Assembly: GCA_041300525.1 (NCBI GenBank)
Contig: JBGLNJ010000001.1
Coordinates: 748,854 to 812,853 of the forward strand
Direction of reading: 5' to 3'
Length of the DNA: 64,000 nucleotides
Origin: Anaerolineae bacterium
GTDB taxonomy: Bacteria > Chloroflexota > Anaerolineae > Fen-1058
A program made the translations under genes and the position numbers. The notes under the pieces are model-generated. The model saw nothing but the letters and a program-made list of their open reading frames with translations, did not search any database and was not told where the DNA came from. Below, piece by piece: positions 1 to 8,798 of the stretch; the first letter of the stretch is position 1; each line of letters begins with the position of its first letter.

Positions 1-126
1 CACTCCAATAATGAGGCAGTGCTTAGCCAAGTCCAGAAGGATCTTCTTGACCTGGTGACGGCGGTGTCCCCGTCGTTCTACCGCAAGTCTGGATGCAAGC
101 GTTGAAGAGATCTCCAAGTTTTCCAT
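1..126 (-). CDS. ABC transporter permease (second permease, MalG/UgpE-like). Only the 5' end (N-terminus) lies in the window; the gene continues beyond position 1.
   Basis: Reverse strand reads MENLEISSTLASRLAVERRGHRRHQVKKILLDLAKHCLIIGV..., typical of a permease N-terminus. It starts 5 nt after the upstream permease stop. Confidence 0.45.
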   Translation of the reverse strand, partial: MENLEISSTLASRLAVERRGHRRHQVKKILLDLAKHCLIIGV

Positions 127-130
127 GGTC

Positions 131-1093
131 TCATCCTGAATAATAAGTATATCGCTCAGAAACCCGCAGGCTCACGGCAGTGCAGGCCAGGATCACCAGA
201 AACAGAATCCAGGCCATGGCCGAGGCGTACCCCATCTTTAAGAATTGAAAGCCGTTCTGGTAGAGGTAAATGCTGTAAAACAAAGTAGAGTTGAGCGGCT
301 GTCCAACGGGGCTGGTACCAGCATAGTTGGCAGAGCTAACGCGCGAAAAGATATACGCCTGGGTAAAGTACTGAAACATGACGATCATGCCGATGATCAG
401 ATTATAGACCGTGATCGGCGACACCATCGGAATGGTGACATGTCTCATCCGTTGCCACCAGCTTGCGCCATCCAGTTCAGCCGCCTCGAGCAGGTGGACC
501 GGCACGTCTTGGAGGCCAGAGAGATAGATGATCATGGTGTTGCCCGTGCCCCACAGGGCGAGCAAAAGGAGCGCCGGCTTGGACCAGTTGGGATCCCTAA
601 ACCAGTTAGGCCCATCTATGCCGGCAAATCCAAGCGCAGTGTTGAGCAAACCATATTGCGGGTTGAGCACCCATATCCAGAGCAGGGTGCTGGCTACTAG
701 CGGAACGATGGAAGGAATGTAATACATCACCCGATAGATAGATTGGCCTGGCACTTTGATGTTCAACAAGACAGCGCACGAGAAAGAGAACACGAGGATA
801 AGCGGCACCCCGATGACCACTATATAACCCGTATTGGCGAGAGCGATCCAAAAATATTTATCCTTGAACAGGTCAATGTAATTCTTCAATCCCACCCACT
901 TGAGCGCTTGGTGGAAAGAAAAATCGTTAAAGCTGTAGATCAGTGAAGCTACCATCGGATAAAGCGCGAACACCAGAAACCCGATGAGCCAGGGCGAGAG
1001 AAAAAGCATCCCCAGCCGAAAGTTCCTGCGGGTTCGCTTGCTCCAGGTGAAGGGGTTATAGGCACGTTCTACACGGACGGCAGAAGCACTCAT
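131..1093 (-). CDS. Carbohydrate ABC transporter permease (MalF/UgpA family)
   Basis: 320-aa ORF with six TM-like segments and an EAA-loop-like region (LSGLQDVPVHLLEAAELDGAS). Operon context with the SBP and LacI. Confidence 0.85.
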   Translation of the reverse strand: MSASAVRVERAYNPFTWSKRTRRNFRLGMLFLSPWLIGFLVFALYPMVASLIYSFNDFSFHQALKWVGLKNYIDLFKDKYFWIALANTGYIVVIGVPLILVFSFSCAVLLNIKVPGQSIYRVMYYIPSIVPLVASTLLWIWVLNPQYGLLNTALGFAGIDGPNWFRDPNWSKPALLLLALWGTGNTMIIYLSGLQDVPVHLLEAAELDGASWWQRMRHVTIPMVSPITVYNLIIGMIVMFQYFTQAYIFSRVSSANYAGTSPVGQPLNSTLFYSIYLYQNGFQFLKMGYASAMAWILFLVILACTAVSLRVSERYTYYSG

Positions 1094-1183
1094 GGTCCCT
1101 CACTTGTGAGGGTTGTGGGCACGGGTTGCCCACAACCCTCCGCTATGACGTCGGATGTGACATCACATCAAACATCTACTCTG

Positions 1184-2602
1184 CTATTTGACCTGTGCCC
1201 AGGCCTCTTTCAGCTTTGGCTCAAACTCCTTCTGGATGTCGTTCATCAACTTGGCCGGGTCAACGTTTTCGGCCCAGATTTGCTCCTCGGCCTTGCCGAT
1301 CGCGTCGTTGAGTTCCGCGTTGATGGGAGAACTGAGTAGGCCGGAGGAATTGGGGTTGGCCATGATGTCAATAAAGGTCTGGAAATTCTTGATCGTCTTG
1401 AAGCGTGGGTCTTGAGCGGCCGTCTTGCTGCTGGGCAAGTTCGCAAACTGGTACATGATCTCGGCCACGACTTGCGGCGATTCCATCCACGCCAGCAACT
1501 TGGCGGTGGCTTGCTTGTTCTTGGTGCTGGCCGGCACTATGACGATGGTTCCGCCGACCGTCGAGCTGCCATACTTGTCCAGCCTGTTCGCTGCAACGGG
1601 GATCGGGGCCACGCCATAATTCAATTCAGGCGCGAACTTGGGAATGAAATTAGGGCCGGTCACCCACTCGCCGTCTATCGCCATCGCGACTTTGCCGGCG
1701 AAAAAGCCGTTCTCCGAGGAAGCGTAATCGCCAAAGCCCGACTGGAAGTCAAGCACCTTCGCGGCGCCGTACTTTTTGTAGAAACTCTGCGCCCACTTGT
1801 ACGAGTCAATGTTGCCTTGCGAGTTCACCGTCAACGTACGACCGCCATCGGCATAGTTGCTGCCTCCGAATAGGTAGTTGATGGTGCCCTGCTGGCTCCA
1901 CGGAAAGGCGGGGATGAACCCCATCTGGGTATAGTTCCCCTTGGCATCTTTCTTGGTCAGCTTTTCGGCATATTGGTTCAGTTCATCCAGAGTCTTGGGA
2001 GGCTTTTCAGGATCCAGGCCGGCCTCCTCAAAAAGATCCTTGTTCCAGAACAGGGCATTCGTGTCGGTGCCCCAGGGGAGGCATGCCAGCTTGCTGCCCT
2101 GCTCGCACACCACCTTCGCGGCCGGGAAGACGTCGTTCAAGTCGAGGCCGCCCACAGTGGACACTTCTTTGAGATCCAGCGTCAGGCCCTGGTAGGCCAG
2201 GGACTGTGCCAGAGTGGAATTGCTCATCGCGATCACGTCGGGCGCGTCCGAGCTACTCAGCGCCGCCAGGATTTTGTCCATGGGCGCCGGGCAAACGACC
2301 TCCACCTCGACGTTATTGGCCTTGGCGTACTTGGCAAATTCATCCTGGAACAACTTGGGATTATCCGACATTTCGACCCAGACCTTGAGCTTGACGGGAG
2401 CGGGCAGAGCTGTCGGAGGAGTGGTCGGCTTGGGTTGCGGGACGGCAGTCGGCTGGGAAACGGCTGTCGGTTGAGTGACGGCAGTCGGCTGGGGAACAGC
2501 CGTTGGCTGGGGAGCCGGAGTCGCTGCTGGGGCACAGGCAGTCAACAACAGGCTCAACACGACGAACGAGGCCACAAGGGCGAATAGCTGTCGAGTTTTC
2601 AT
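1184..2602 (-). CDS. ABC transporter substrate-binding lipoprotein (family 1 sugar SBP) with a Pro/Thr-rich (PQPTAV)n linker
   Basis: Signal peptide plus lipobox (LLLTAC), tandem PQPTAV linker, and an extracellular solute-binding fold across the length. Confidence 0.85.
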   Translation of the reverse strand: MKTRQLFALVASFVVLSLLLTACAPAATPAPQPTAVPQPTAVTQPTAVSQPTAVPQPKPTTPPTALPAPVKLKVWVEMSDNPKLFQDEFAKYAKANNVEVEVVCPAPMDKILAALSSSDAPDVIAMSNSTLAQSLAYQGLTLDLKEVSTVGGLDLNDVFPAAKVVCEQGSKLACLPWGTDTNALFWNKDLFEEAGLDPEKPPKTLDELNQYAEKLTKKDAKGNYTQMGFIPAFPWSQQGTINYLFGGSNYADGGRTLTVNSQGNIDSYKWAQSFYKKYGAAKVLDFQSGFGDYASSENGFFAGKVAMAIDGEWVTGPNFIPKFAPELNYGVAPIPVAANRLDKYGSSTVGGTIVIVPASTKNKQATAKLLAWMESPQVVAEIMYQFANLPSSKTAAQDPRFKTIKNFQTFIDIMANPNSSGLLSSPINAELNDAIGKAEEQIWAENVDPAKLMNDIQKEFEPKLKEAWAQVK

Positions 2603-2691
2603 CTTCTATCTCTCCTTTGAAATATTTGAGGTTCTTATCCTTTGATGAATAATGTGGTTTCAGGTTTTGTTTTTTTCCTGTAGCACCTCCT

Positions 2692-3723
2692 TCAAGACGA
2701 GCGGGCGGCCGGGCAGCCGCATGACTCTCGAATGACCAGTTCCGTCGGCAACAAGACTAGAGGCTCCGCTTGACCTGTGCGGATCAGGCTCACGAGTTGG
2801 CGCACGGCTATCTTGCCTAAATCGTATGTGGGCGCGCGAACGGTCGTGAGGGGAGGCGTGAGATACGCGGACAAACGCTGATCGTCAAAACCAACCACGG
2901 CCACGTCCTCAGGCACCCGTTTGCCCAACTCTTTCAGGCCCTCCAAGACGCCAATTCCGCCCTCGTCGTCGCCAGAAAAGATCGCGTCTACGGCCACACC
3001 GGACTCGAGCAGTTTCTTGACCGAAGCTTTGGCCGCCTTGCGGTTGAATTCGCCGAGTGCGATCAGGCCGGGATCGAAGGCAATGCCATGCGCTTCCAGC
3101 GCCTCTTGGTAGCCCATCTCGCGCCAGTGCGAGTCTTCGTGTCCTGGGGGGCCTTTGAAGTAAGCGATTCGTCGGCGGCCATGCGCTTCAATCAGGTGCT
3201 CTACGATTTTGCGCGAAGCCGCCTTGTTTTCGACCGTGACACAGGGTATGCTCATAGAATTCGGCGGCGATTGATGGATGAGTACCATCGGGAATCCCTG
3301 TTCGTAACAAAAGGTCAACGCGGCCTCGCTCAAGCTTTCGGCAAAAACCAGTAGCCCGTCTGTATTGTGCGCTCCCAGCGAACGGGGAAACTCTTCACGA
3401 GGGCGAGGGCGGTTGGTGGTGGAGATCAACAAGTCGAAACCTGCTTCGCTGGCGGCGGTTTCTATGCCGTAAAGCAGAGGGGCAAAGAAATCTTCGTGGA
3501 TGTTGGTCAGCAACAGGCCGATGGTATTGGTCTTTCTGGTCGCCAGGTTCCTAGCAGCGGTGCGGGGAACATATTTCAGTTCCGCCACGGCAGCTTGGAC
3601 GCGGGCAATCGTTTCAGGAGCGACTACCGCGGTGTTGTTGAGGACACGGCTGACCGTGGCGACAGAGATTCCCGCGTGTTTGGCGACATCGAATATCGTC
3701 ACGGAAGTTTTGCGACTTGGCAT
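2692..3723 (-). CDS. LacI family transcriptional regulator
   Basis: N-terminal HTH (VTIFDVAKHAGISVATVSRVLNN) followed by a periplasmic-binding-protein-like sugar-binding domain. Confidence 0.9.
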   Translation of the reverse strand: MPSRKTSVTIFDVAKHAGISVATVSRVLNNTAVVAPETIARVQAAVAELKYVPRTAARNLATRKTNTIGLLLTNIHEDFFAPLLYGIETAASEAGFDLLISTTNRPRPREEFPRSLGAHNTDGLLVFAESLSEAALTFCYEQGFPMVLIHQSPPNSMSIPCVTVENKAASRKIVEHLIEAHGRRRIAYFKGPPGHEDSHWREMGYQEALEAHGIAFDPGLIALGEFNRKAAKASVKKLLESGVAVDAIFSGDDEGGIGVLEGLKELGKRVPEDVAVVGFDDQRLSAYLTPPLTTVRAPTYDLGKIAVRQLVSLIRTGQAEPLVLLPTELVIRESCGCPAARSS

Positions 3724-3740
3724 ACGCCATAATCCAGTAG

Positions 3741-3771
3741 AATGTAAGCGTTTTCTGTAAACGCTTACATT
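3741..3771. promoter_or_regulatory. Candidate LacI-family operator: 13-nt perfect inverted repeat AATGTAAGCGTTT-N5-AAACGCTTACATT
   Basis: Perfect palindrome immediately upstream of the LacI gene start. Half-sites resemble the TGTAAGCG/CGCTTACA consensus of LacI-family operators. Confidence 0.45.
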
Positions 3772-4013
3772 ATATCGCAGTTCTCACGCCAAGTCAAGTA
3801 TCGATTTCTGGTGATTACCCACAAGTCCGATTTTGCCTGTAAAATCAAGGGGGCCAAGTGCCCGATTTTCGGCCACATTTCGACTTGTGGGCAATCACCA
3901 GTCAATTTGCAGGGTGATGAATCTTTAGAAATGGGGGTCAGACACGTGCGAAGGTGCGCGGTCAGGGTGACTGGAGACAGAATGCCGTCGTTGGCGCTGG
4001 CAGAGTGATGGAG

Positions 4014-4370
4014 TTATACCCACCCCGCCATCCTGCTATAGAGCATGGCCGCTAGCTCATAGCAAAAGATGGTGAAGCGAGAGTGTGTCTGTAGCCATTT
4101 GTATCCGAAAGCCGGTTCGCCCTCTGAGAACACCGAAAGCCAGTAAAACTCTTTCCAGCCCAGTTTTGTTGCAGTTGCCACCGCGCGTCTTGTGTAGAGG
4201 TCGAGGGTGACCAAGGTGGGGTGTTGCAGATGTTCTGCTTGAACGATGTCCATCGAATAAAGTAGATTCTCAAAGGTATTCAGTGACCGATCTTCTTCGA
4301 TGAGGCTCTCGCGCGGAACACCCAGGCGCATGGCATATTCATGAAGGATGAAAGATGAATTTGGATGCAC
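4014..4370 (-). pseudogene. DUF218 (YdcF/SanA/ElyC-like) C-terminal fragment, N-terminally truncated
   Basis: 118-aa ORF carrying the DUF218-type motif EEDRSLNTFENLLYS. The N-terminal half of the domain is absent, and the first codons are encoded by a heptamer-repeat hairpin. Confidence 0.35.
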
Positions 4371-4409
4371 TTTTCATCCTTCATCCCTCATCCTTCATCC
4401 TTGAAGGGG
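4339..4409. repeat. Inverted heptamer-array hairpin: (ATGAAGG)n ... (CATCCTT)n
   Basis: Tandem 7-nt units on the left arm and their reverse complements on the right arm, centred near 4370. Confidence 0.6.
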
Positions 4410-4413
4410 AAAC

Positions 4414-5088
4414 ATGGCACGCTTTATGCGTTTGGACGTCATCAACACGATTCTGGATATTGGCCTCGTGCCATTATTCTACGACGGCCAAGTCGAGACG
4501 GCGATAGAAATTGTGTCCGCGTGTGCTCGCGGCGGCGCGCGCATCATCGAGTTCACCCATCGCGGCGAGATGGCGTATCCCGTTTTCACAGAGTTGGTCA
4601 AGCATTTCACCCAGGCTGATCCGTCCGTCACTCTCGGCGTCGGCTCGATCATGGATGCGCCGACGGCGGCGCTCTACATGGCCGTCGGCGCGAATTTCAT
4701 CGTTGGTCCCAGCTTCAATCTCGACCTGGCCCGGCTGTGCAACCGGCGCAAGATTCTCTACATACCTGGCTGCGCGACCGAAACCGAAATCGCCAATGCG
4801 GAAGAGATGGGTGCAGAAATCTGCAAAATCTTTCCGGGCGAAGCGGCGGGCGGCCCGAGCTTTATCAGCGCGGTGATGGCGCCGTGCCCGTGGCATCGTT
4901 TGCTCCCGACGGGCGGCGTGGACGCGACCGCAGAGAGCCTCTCAGCGTGGATCAAGGCGGGTGCGGCGGCAGTCGGCATGGGCAGCAAGCTCATCACGGC
5001 GCAGGCCGTCAAGACGCACGATTTCGATAGCATCAGCAACAAGGTGGCGCAGTGCATCGGCTGGATCAAGCAGGCACACGGCAAATAA
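4414..5088 (+). CDS. eda: 2-dehydro-3-deoxy-phosphogluconate / 4-hydroxy-2-oxoglutarate aldolase (KDPG aldolase)
   Basis: 224 aa, class I KDPG aldolase family features throughout (e.g. LPTGGV, GMGSKLI). Confidence 0.8.
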   Translation: MARFMRLDVINTILDIGLVPLFYDGQVETAIEIVSACARGGARIIEFTHRGEMAYPVFTELVKHFTQADPSVTLGVGSIMDAPTAALYMAVGANFIVGPSFNLDLARLCNRRKILYIPGCATETEIANAEEMGAEICKIFPGEAAGGPSFISAVMAPCPWHRLLPTGGVDATAESLSAWIKAGAAAVGMGSKLITAQAVKTHDFDSISNKVAQCIGWIKQAHGK

Positions 5089-5133
5089 GCCGTCACGCGC
5101 CATATTCGATACTCTAACAAGGAGAGGGTTACC

Positions 5134-5949
5134 ATGTCATACTTTGAAAGCGTTCCGAACGCAGCCGACTTGAATCGCCTGCCGTCCAATCCTTTCAAGC
5201 TGCTCGACTTTAATTACCTGATTCTTTCCGAGGGTGACAAGTTCGAAGGCTCGACGGGTGACCGCGAGTTTTGCGCCGTGCTGCTGGGCGGCAGAGGGAC
5301 GTTCACAGTGAACAACCAGACGTTCGCCAACGTCGGCGGTCGGCCCAACGTCTTTTCCGGCAAGCCGCACTCGGTGTACATTCCATGCAGTTCTGACTAT
5401 ACTGTCACTGCGCATGGGCGACTGGAAGTCGGACTGGTCAGCGCGCCGAGCGATTTGAAAACGGCGCCCTATGTCATCGGGCCGGACAAAGTCACGACGG
5501 GCGTGTGGGGCGCGGCCAACTTTTCTCGCAACTTTCACCAGATCCTCACGCTGGCCGGTCAGCCCGAGTTGCCGGCCAAACGGCTCATTGTAGGAGAGAC
5601 CTACACGCCTTCTGGCAACTGGAGCACCTTTCCGCCGCACCGCCATGAAAAGGACGACCTGCCGCGCGAAGCGTATCACGAAGAGCTATATTTCTTCAAA
5701 GTCAGCCCGGCGGATGGCTTTGGCCTCACACGTTACTATAACGACGAGAGTGACACGGGCTATGTCGTCCGTGACAACACGATCTTGATGGCGCCCAAGG
5801 GCTATCACACCGTCGTCAGCGCGCCGGGCTATACGACGTACTATCTGTGGGCGCTGGCGGGCCATCACCGCGTCCAGGCAACTGCCGATGATCCCGCATT
5901 GAGCTGGGTTGGCCGCACTGTGCCGATGCTCAAAGCGTTGGGACACTAA
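5134..5949 (+). CDS. KduI/IolB-family cupin isomerase. Sequence is closest to IolB (5-deoxy-glucuronate isomerase); context suggests a 5-keto-4-deoxyuronate isomerase role.
   Basis: Matches IolB motifs SGNWS.FPPH.H..D.LP...Y.EE.Y and P.GYH.V...PGYT.YYL. Good RBS (AAGGAGAGGG). Adjacent to kduD. Confidence 0.75.
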   Translation: MSYFESVPNAADLNRLPSNPFKLLDFNYLILSEGDKFEGSTGDREFCAVLLGGRGTFTVNNQTFANVGGRPNVFSGKPHSVYIPCSSDYTVTAHGRLEVGLVSAPSDLKTAPYVIGPDKVTTGVWGAANFSRNFHQILTLAGQPELPAKRLIVGETYTPSGNWSTFPPHRHEKDDLPREAYHEELYFFKVSPADGFGLTRYYNDESDTGYVVRDNTILMAPKGYHTVVSAPGYTTYYLWALAGHHRVQATADDPALSWVGRTVPMLKALGH

Positions 5950-6002
5950 CCTGGTAACCTTCCGAACGTTCGCATACCTTTGGAAGGTTGAAGGCATAAG
6001 CC

Positions 6003-6767
6003 ATGATTCTGGATGACTTTCGATTGGATGGTCGTGTTGCGCTCGTGACGGGCGCGTCGCGAGGGCTGGGGCAAGCAATGGCTCTGGCGCTGGCTGAAGC
6101 GGGCGCCGACATTGCCGCACTGGATGTTGAAGACGTAGCACAGACTAACCAAGCTGTGACCGCTCTGGGGCGACGTTTCATGCCGGTTCAGTGCAACTTG
6201 CGGAACGCCTCGGTGGCGGAATTGCAGCAAGTTATTGAACGGGTCGTGACCGAACTGGGCCGGCTCGACATCCTGATCAACAATGCGGGCATTATCCGCC
6301 GCGCGCCGGCCATCGAGTTCAGCGAGACAGATTGGGATGATGTGTTGCAGATCAACCTAAAGGCAATGTTCTTTCTCTCGCAGGCAGTCGCAAAGGTGAT
6401 GGTCAAGCAGGGCAGCGGCAAGATCATCAACATCGCTTCGATGCTCTCATTCCAGGGCGGCATCATTGTGCCATCGTACACGGCCGCCAAGAGCGGCGTG
6501 GCAGGCATCACGCGCGCGTTGGCAAACGAATGGGCCAAACACAACATCAACGTCAACGCGATTGCGCCGGGCTACATGGCGACGGACAACACCGCCGCGT
6601 TGCGCGCCGACCCCGCCCGCGCCACATCCATACTTGACCGGATTCCGGCGGGGCGGTGGGGCACGCCGGACGATTTGAAAGGCGTGGTCGTGTTTCTTGC
6701 TTCGTCAGCCTCGGATTACATGTACGGCGCTATCGTGCCTGTGGATGGCGGCTGGCTGACGAGATGA
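6003..6767 (+). CDS. kduD: 2-dehydro-3-deoxy-D-gluconate 5-dehydrogenase (SDR family)
   Basis: Near end-to-end similarity to KduD (MIL..F.L.GKVA.VTG...GLGQ.MAL.LA.AG.DI...; IINIASMLSFQGGI.VPSYTA.KSGV; NINVNAIAPGYMAT.NT; DGGWL.R). Confidence 0.9.
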   Translation: MILDDFRLDGRVALVTGASRGLGQAMALALAEAGADIAALDVEDVAQTNQAVTALGRRFMPVQCNLRNASVAELQQVIERVVTELGRLDILINNAGIIRRAPAIEFSETDWDDVLQINLKAMFFLSQAVAKVMVKQGSGKIINIASMLSFQGGIIVPSYTAAKSGVAGITRALANEWAKHNINVNAIAPGYMATDNTAALRADPARATSILDRIPAGRWGTPDDLKGVVVFLASSASDYMYGAIVPVDGGWLTR

Positions 6768-6904
6768 GAAAATGCCCTGCGGCGACAAGTTCATGGCAGT
6801 GGGTGTTGCGGCTAGAGTGAGGCAGGCACAACAGGAGCAACGTCCGCAGTCCTGTCGGTCCTCTTGTCAGGTGAAATCTCGTCGGGCATAACGTAAGCGA
6901 TCTC

Positions 6905-6936
6905 ACCTCATCATTCGACACCCGACATTCGATGAT
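6905..6936. repeat. Heptamer-type hairpin repeat (CATTCGA-like units) abutting the comEC start
   Basis: The sequence CATCATTCGACACCCGACATTCGATGATG runs directly into the ATGATG start. Confidence 0.4.
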
Positions 6937-7763
6937 GCCACTTGTTCCCTTCACGCTAAGCTGGCTCGTTGGCATTTGGGGCGCGTCGCGCATCGCGCTG
7001 CCCACGCTTGCGCTCGGCGTTGCAGTGGGCGTGGCAATTTTCGGCCTCGTCCTCGCGTGGCGCGCGCGAAAGCTTTGCTGGATTCTTGTCCTCGCTTTGG
7101 CGGCTGTTCTTGGCGCGCTCCGTTACAACTCAGTGCAGCCTCACTTTGATCAGACCACACTTGCTACATACAACGACCAGCAAAAGCCCGTCGTCGTTGA
7201 AGGAGTCATTGTTGCCGAGCCGGATACGCGCGACACGTACACCAACCTGCGCGTCGAGGCCGACCATCTCCTCATCCTTCAGCTAAGCTCAGGACAAGTC
7301 TCCAATCTCAGCGAGGGTGTAACGCGCACGGTAAAAGGGCTCGTCCTCGTCCAAGCCCCCGCGTTCACCGATTACCACTGCGGTGACCGGCTGAGGGTGG
7401 AAGGCAAACTCCAAACCCCGACCGACTCGCCCGATTTTTCTTATCGCGAGTACCTCGCTCGACAGGGCGTCTACTCGCTCATGTCGCGCCCGCGCGTGAC
7501 GACACTCGCGCGCGATCAAGGCTTTGCTCCGCTTGGATGGCTGTACTCATTCAAGGCGCGCGCCAAGAACATTATCGCGCAAATCCTCCCTGAACCGCAG
7601 GCCTCGCTCCTCACCGGCATTTTGCTGGGCGATGATGCGGCGACTCGCCGCCGGCATTCCCAAGAGCGTGCAGGAAGCGTTTCGCACGACGGGCACCTCG
7701 CACGTGATTGCGATCAGCGGCTATAACGGAACACAAACCATGTTCACTGGACATACCCTTTAG
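6932..7763 (+). pseudogene. comEC: ComEC/Rec2 competence protein, N-terminal part only, with a frameshift (~7640) and premature end
   Basis: The frame starting at 6932 encodes a DUF4131-like N-terminal membrane/OB region up to ...LLTGILLGDDAA. The conserved continuation IPKSVQEAFRTTGTSHVIAISGYN is in another frame (ORF 7524..7763) and stops after ~25 more residues. The ~400-aa competence and metallo-beta-lactamase part is absent. Confidence 0.6.
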
Positions 7764-7769
7764 CCTGAT

Positions 7770-8279
7770 GTGCTCGCTATAGTTTTCCATAACATTCGAG
7801 GCTCCAGCTTTGTCTGGGGCCTTTTTCTTTTCTGGTCACCGGACAGCCAATGGATTGCATTTATGGACGTCAACCTCGGGCCGGATGCTCAACGTCCAAG
7901 GGCTACTCGTGTCTTTCAGCGGGAAGGGGAAGCTTCTCGCATCGTTTACCCGTTCAGCCAGTCTGTGAATGTCGGAAGGCTAGCGTGGAGACCTGATGGG
8001 CGACAAATCTTCTGCGTGTACGACGCCGAAGACAAAAAGAGGTATACACTGTTGCTCAATGCCAACGGCCAGGGCGTGGTAGAGCAGGGCATCGAAAACT
8101 CGTACCAGTTTGTTCCAAGACTTTTGGCCCCAATGGAGTGGAAAATAGCAGGGGCATTATCTAGCAGAGTAACTGCTCACCCTTGCGAGGGTAGCGTGGC
8201 TTGCCCTGCCACCTACGGTTCAAGCACGACTTGCACCTTCGCCGTCTGTCCCGATACTCCCGGCAGGTTGAACAATTGA
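7770..8279 (+). CDS. Possible fragment of a TolB/WD40-like beta-propeller protein (remnant). Low confidence.
   Basis: 169-aa ORF with SPDSQWIAF and WRPDGRQIFCV propeller-blade-like motifs. Local GC drop at 7740-7860; overlaps the 3' end of the minus-strand gene at 8213..8716. Confidence 0.2.
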   Translation: MLAIVFHNIRGSSFVWGLFLFWSPDSQWIAFMDVNLGPDAQRPRATRVFQREGEASRIVYPFSQSVNVGRLAWRPDGRQIFCVYDAEDKKRYTLLLNANGQGVVEQGIENSYQFVPRLLAPMEWKIAGALSSRVTAHPCEGSVACPATYGSSTTCTFAVCPDTPGRLNN

Positions 8280-8716
8280 CTTGCCGCTAGCAACTTGCCG
8301 CCAGCCCGATTGTAGACCAGCCAGCGGAACGGCCCTTTACCCAAATCCTGGCGATACACCCACCAGATTTTTCTGCCCTCTGCGCTCACGACCTCATCGA
8401 GCGTACCGCGCCATCCTTCGACGTCGTGCCAGTCGCCCCAGGCATCTTGCCACTGCACAACCGTCCACGCCTCTGGCCCATGCTTCAGCGTTGCCGGACC
8501 GAATCGAACCTGCAACTCTATCGCCCCCCCACCCTGCCCAACGGCAGGTAACGGGGCTCCCTGGGGCGTCTTGATCGGCGCAGGGCCGGGCGTCCAGGTA
8601 GGCGGCGGCGGTGTGGGCGTCGCAGATTGTTGAGCTGGCGTGGCTCCGGCGGCGAGCCAACTCACCGCAGCCAAGATGCAGAAATTGAGAACGAGCAAAG
8701 GCAACCACTTGCGCAT
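8213..8716 (-). CDS. Secreted hypothetical protein (signal peptide, Pro-rich linker, beta-rich domain)
   Basis: Start chosen at MRKWLPLLVLNFCILAAVSWLAAGA (signal peptide) within the longer ORF 8213..8794. Pro/Thr-rich segment TPTPPPPTWTPGPAP. Confidence 0.5.
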   Translation of the reverse strand: MRKWLPLLVLNFCILAAVSWLAAGATPAQQSATPTPPPPTWTPGPAPIKTPQGAPLPAVGQGGGAIELQVRFGPATLKHGPEAWTVVQWQDAWGDWHDVEGWRGTLDEVVSAEGRKIWWVYRQDLGKGPFRWLVYNRAGGKLLAASQLFNLPGVSGQTAKVQVVLEP

Positions 8717-8798
8717 GATGGCCTCCGATAATTCGGCACAGTCGCTTGCTGTGGGCAGACGACAAATCATCACTATGCCGAATTCTCTGGTCAAGCCG

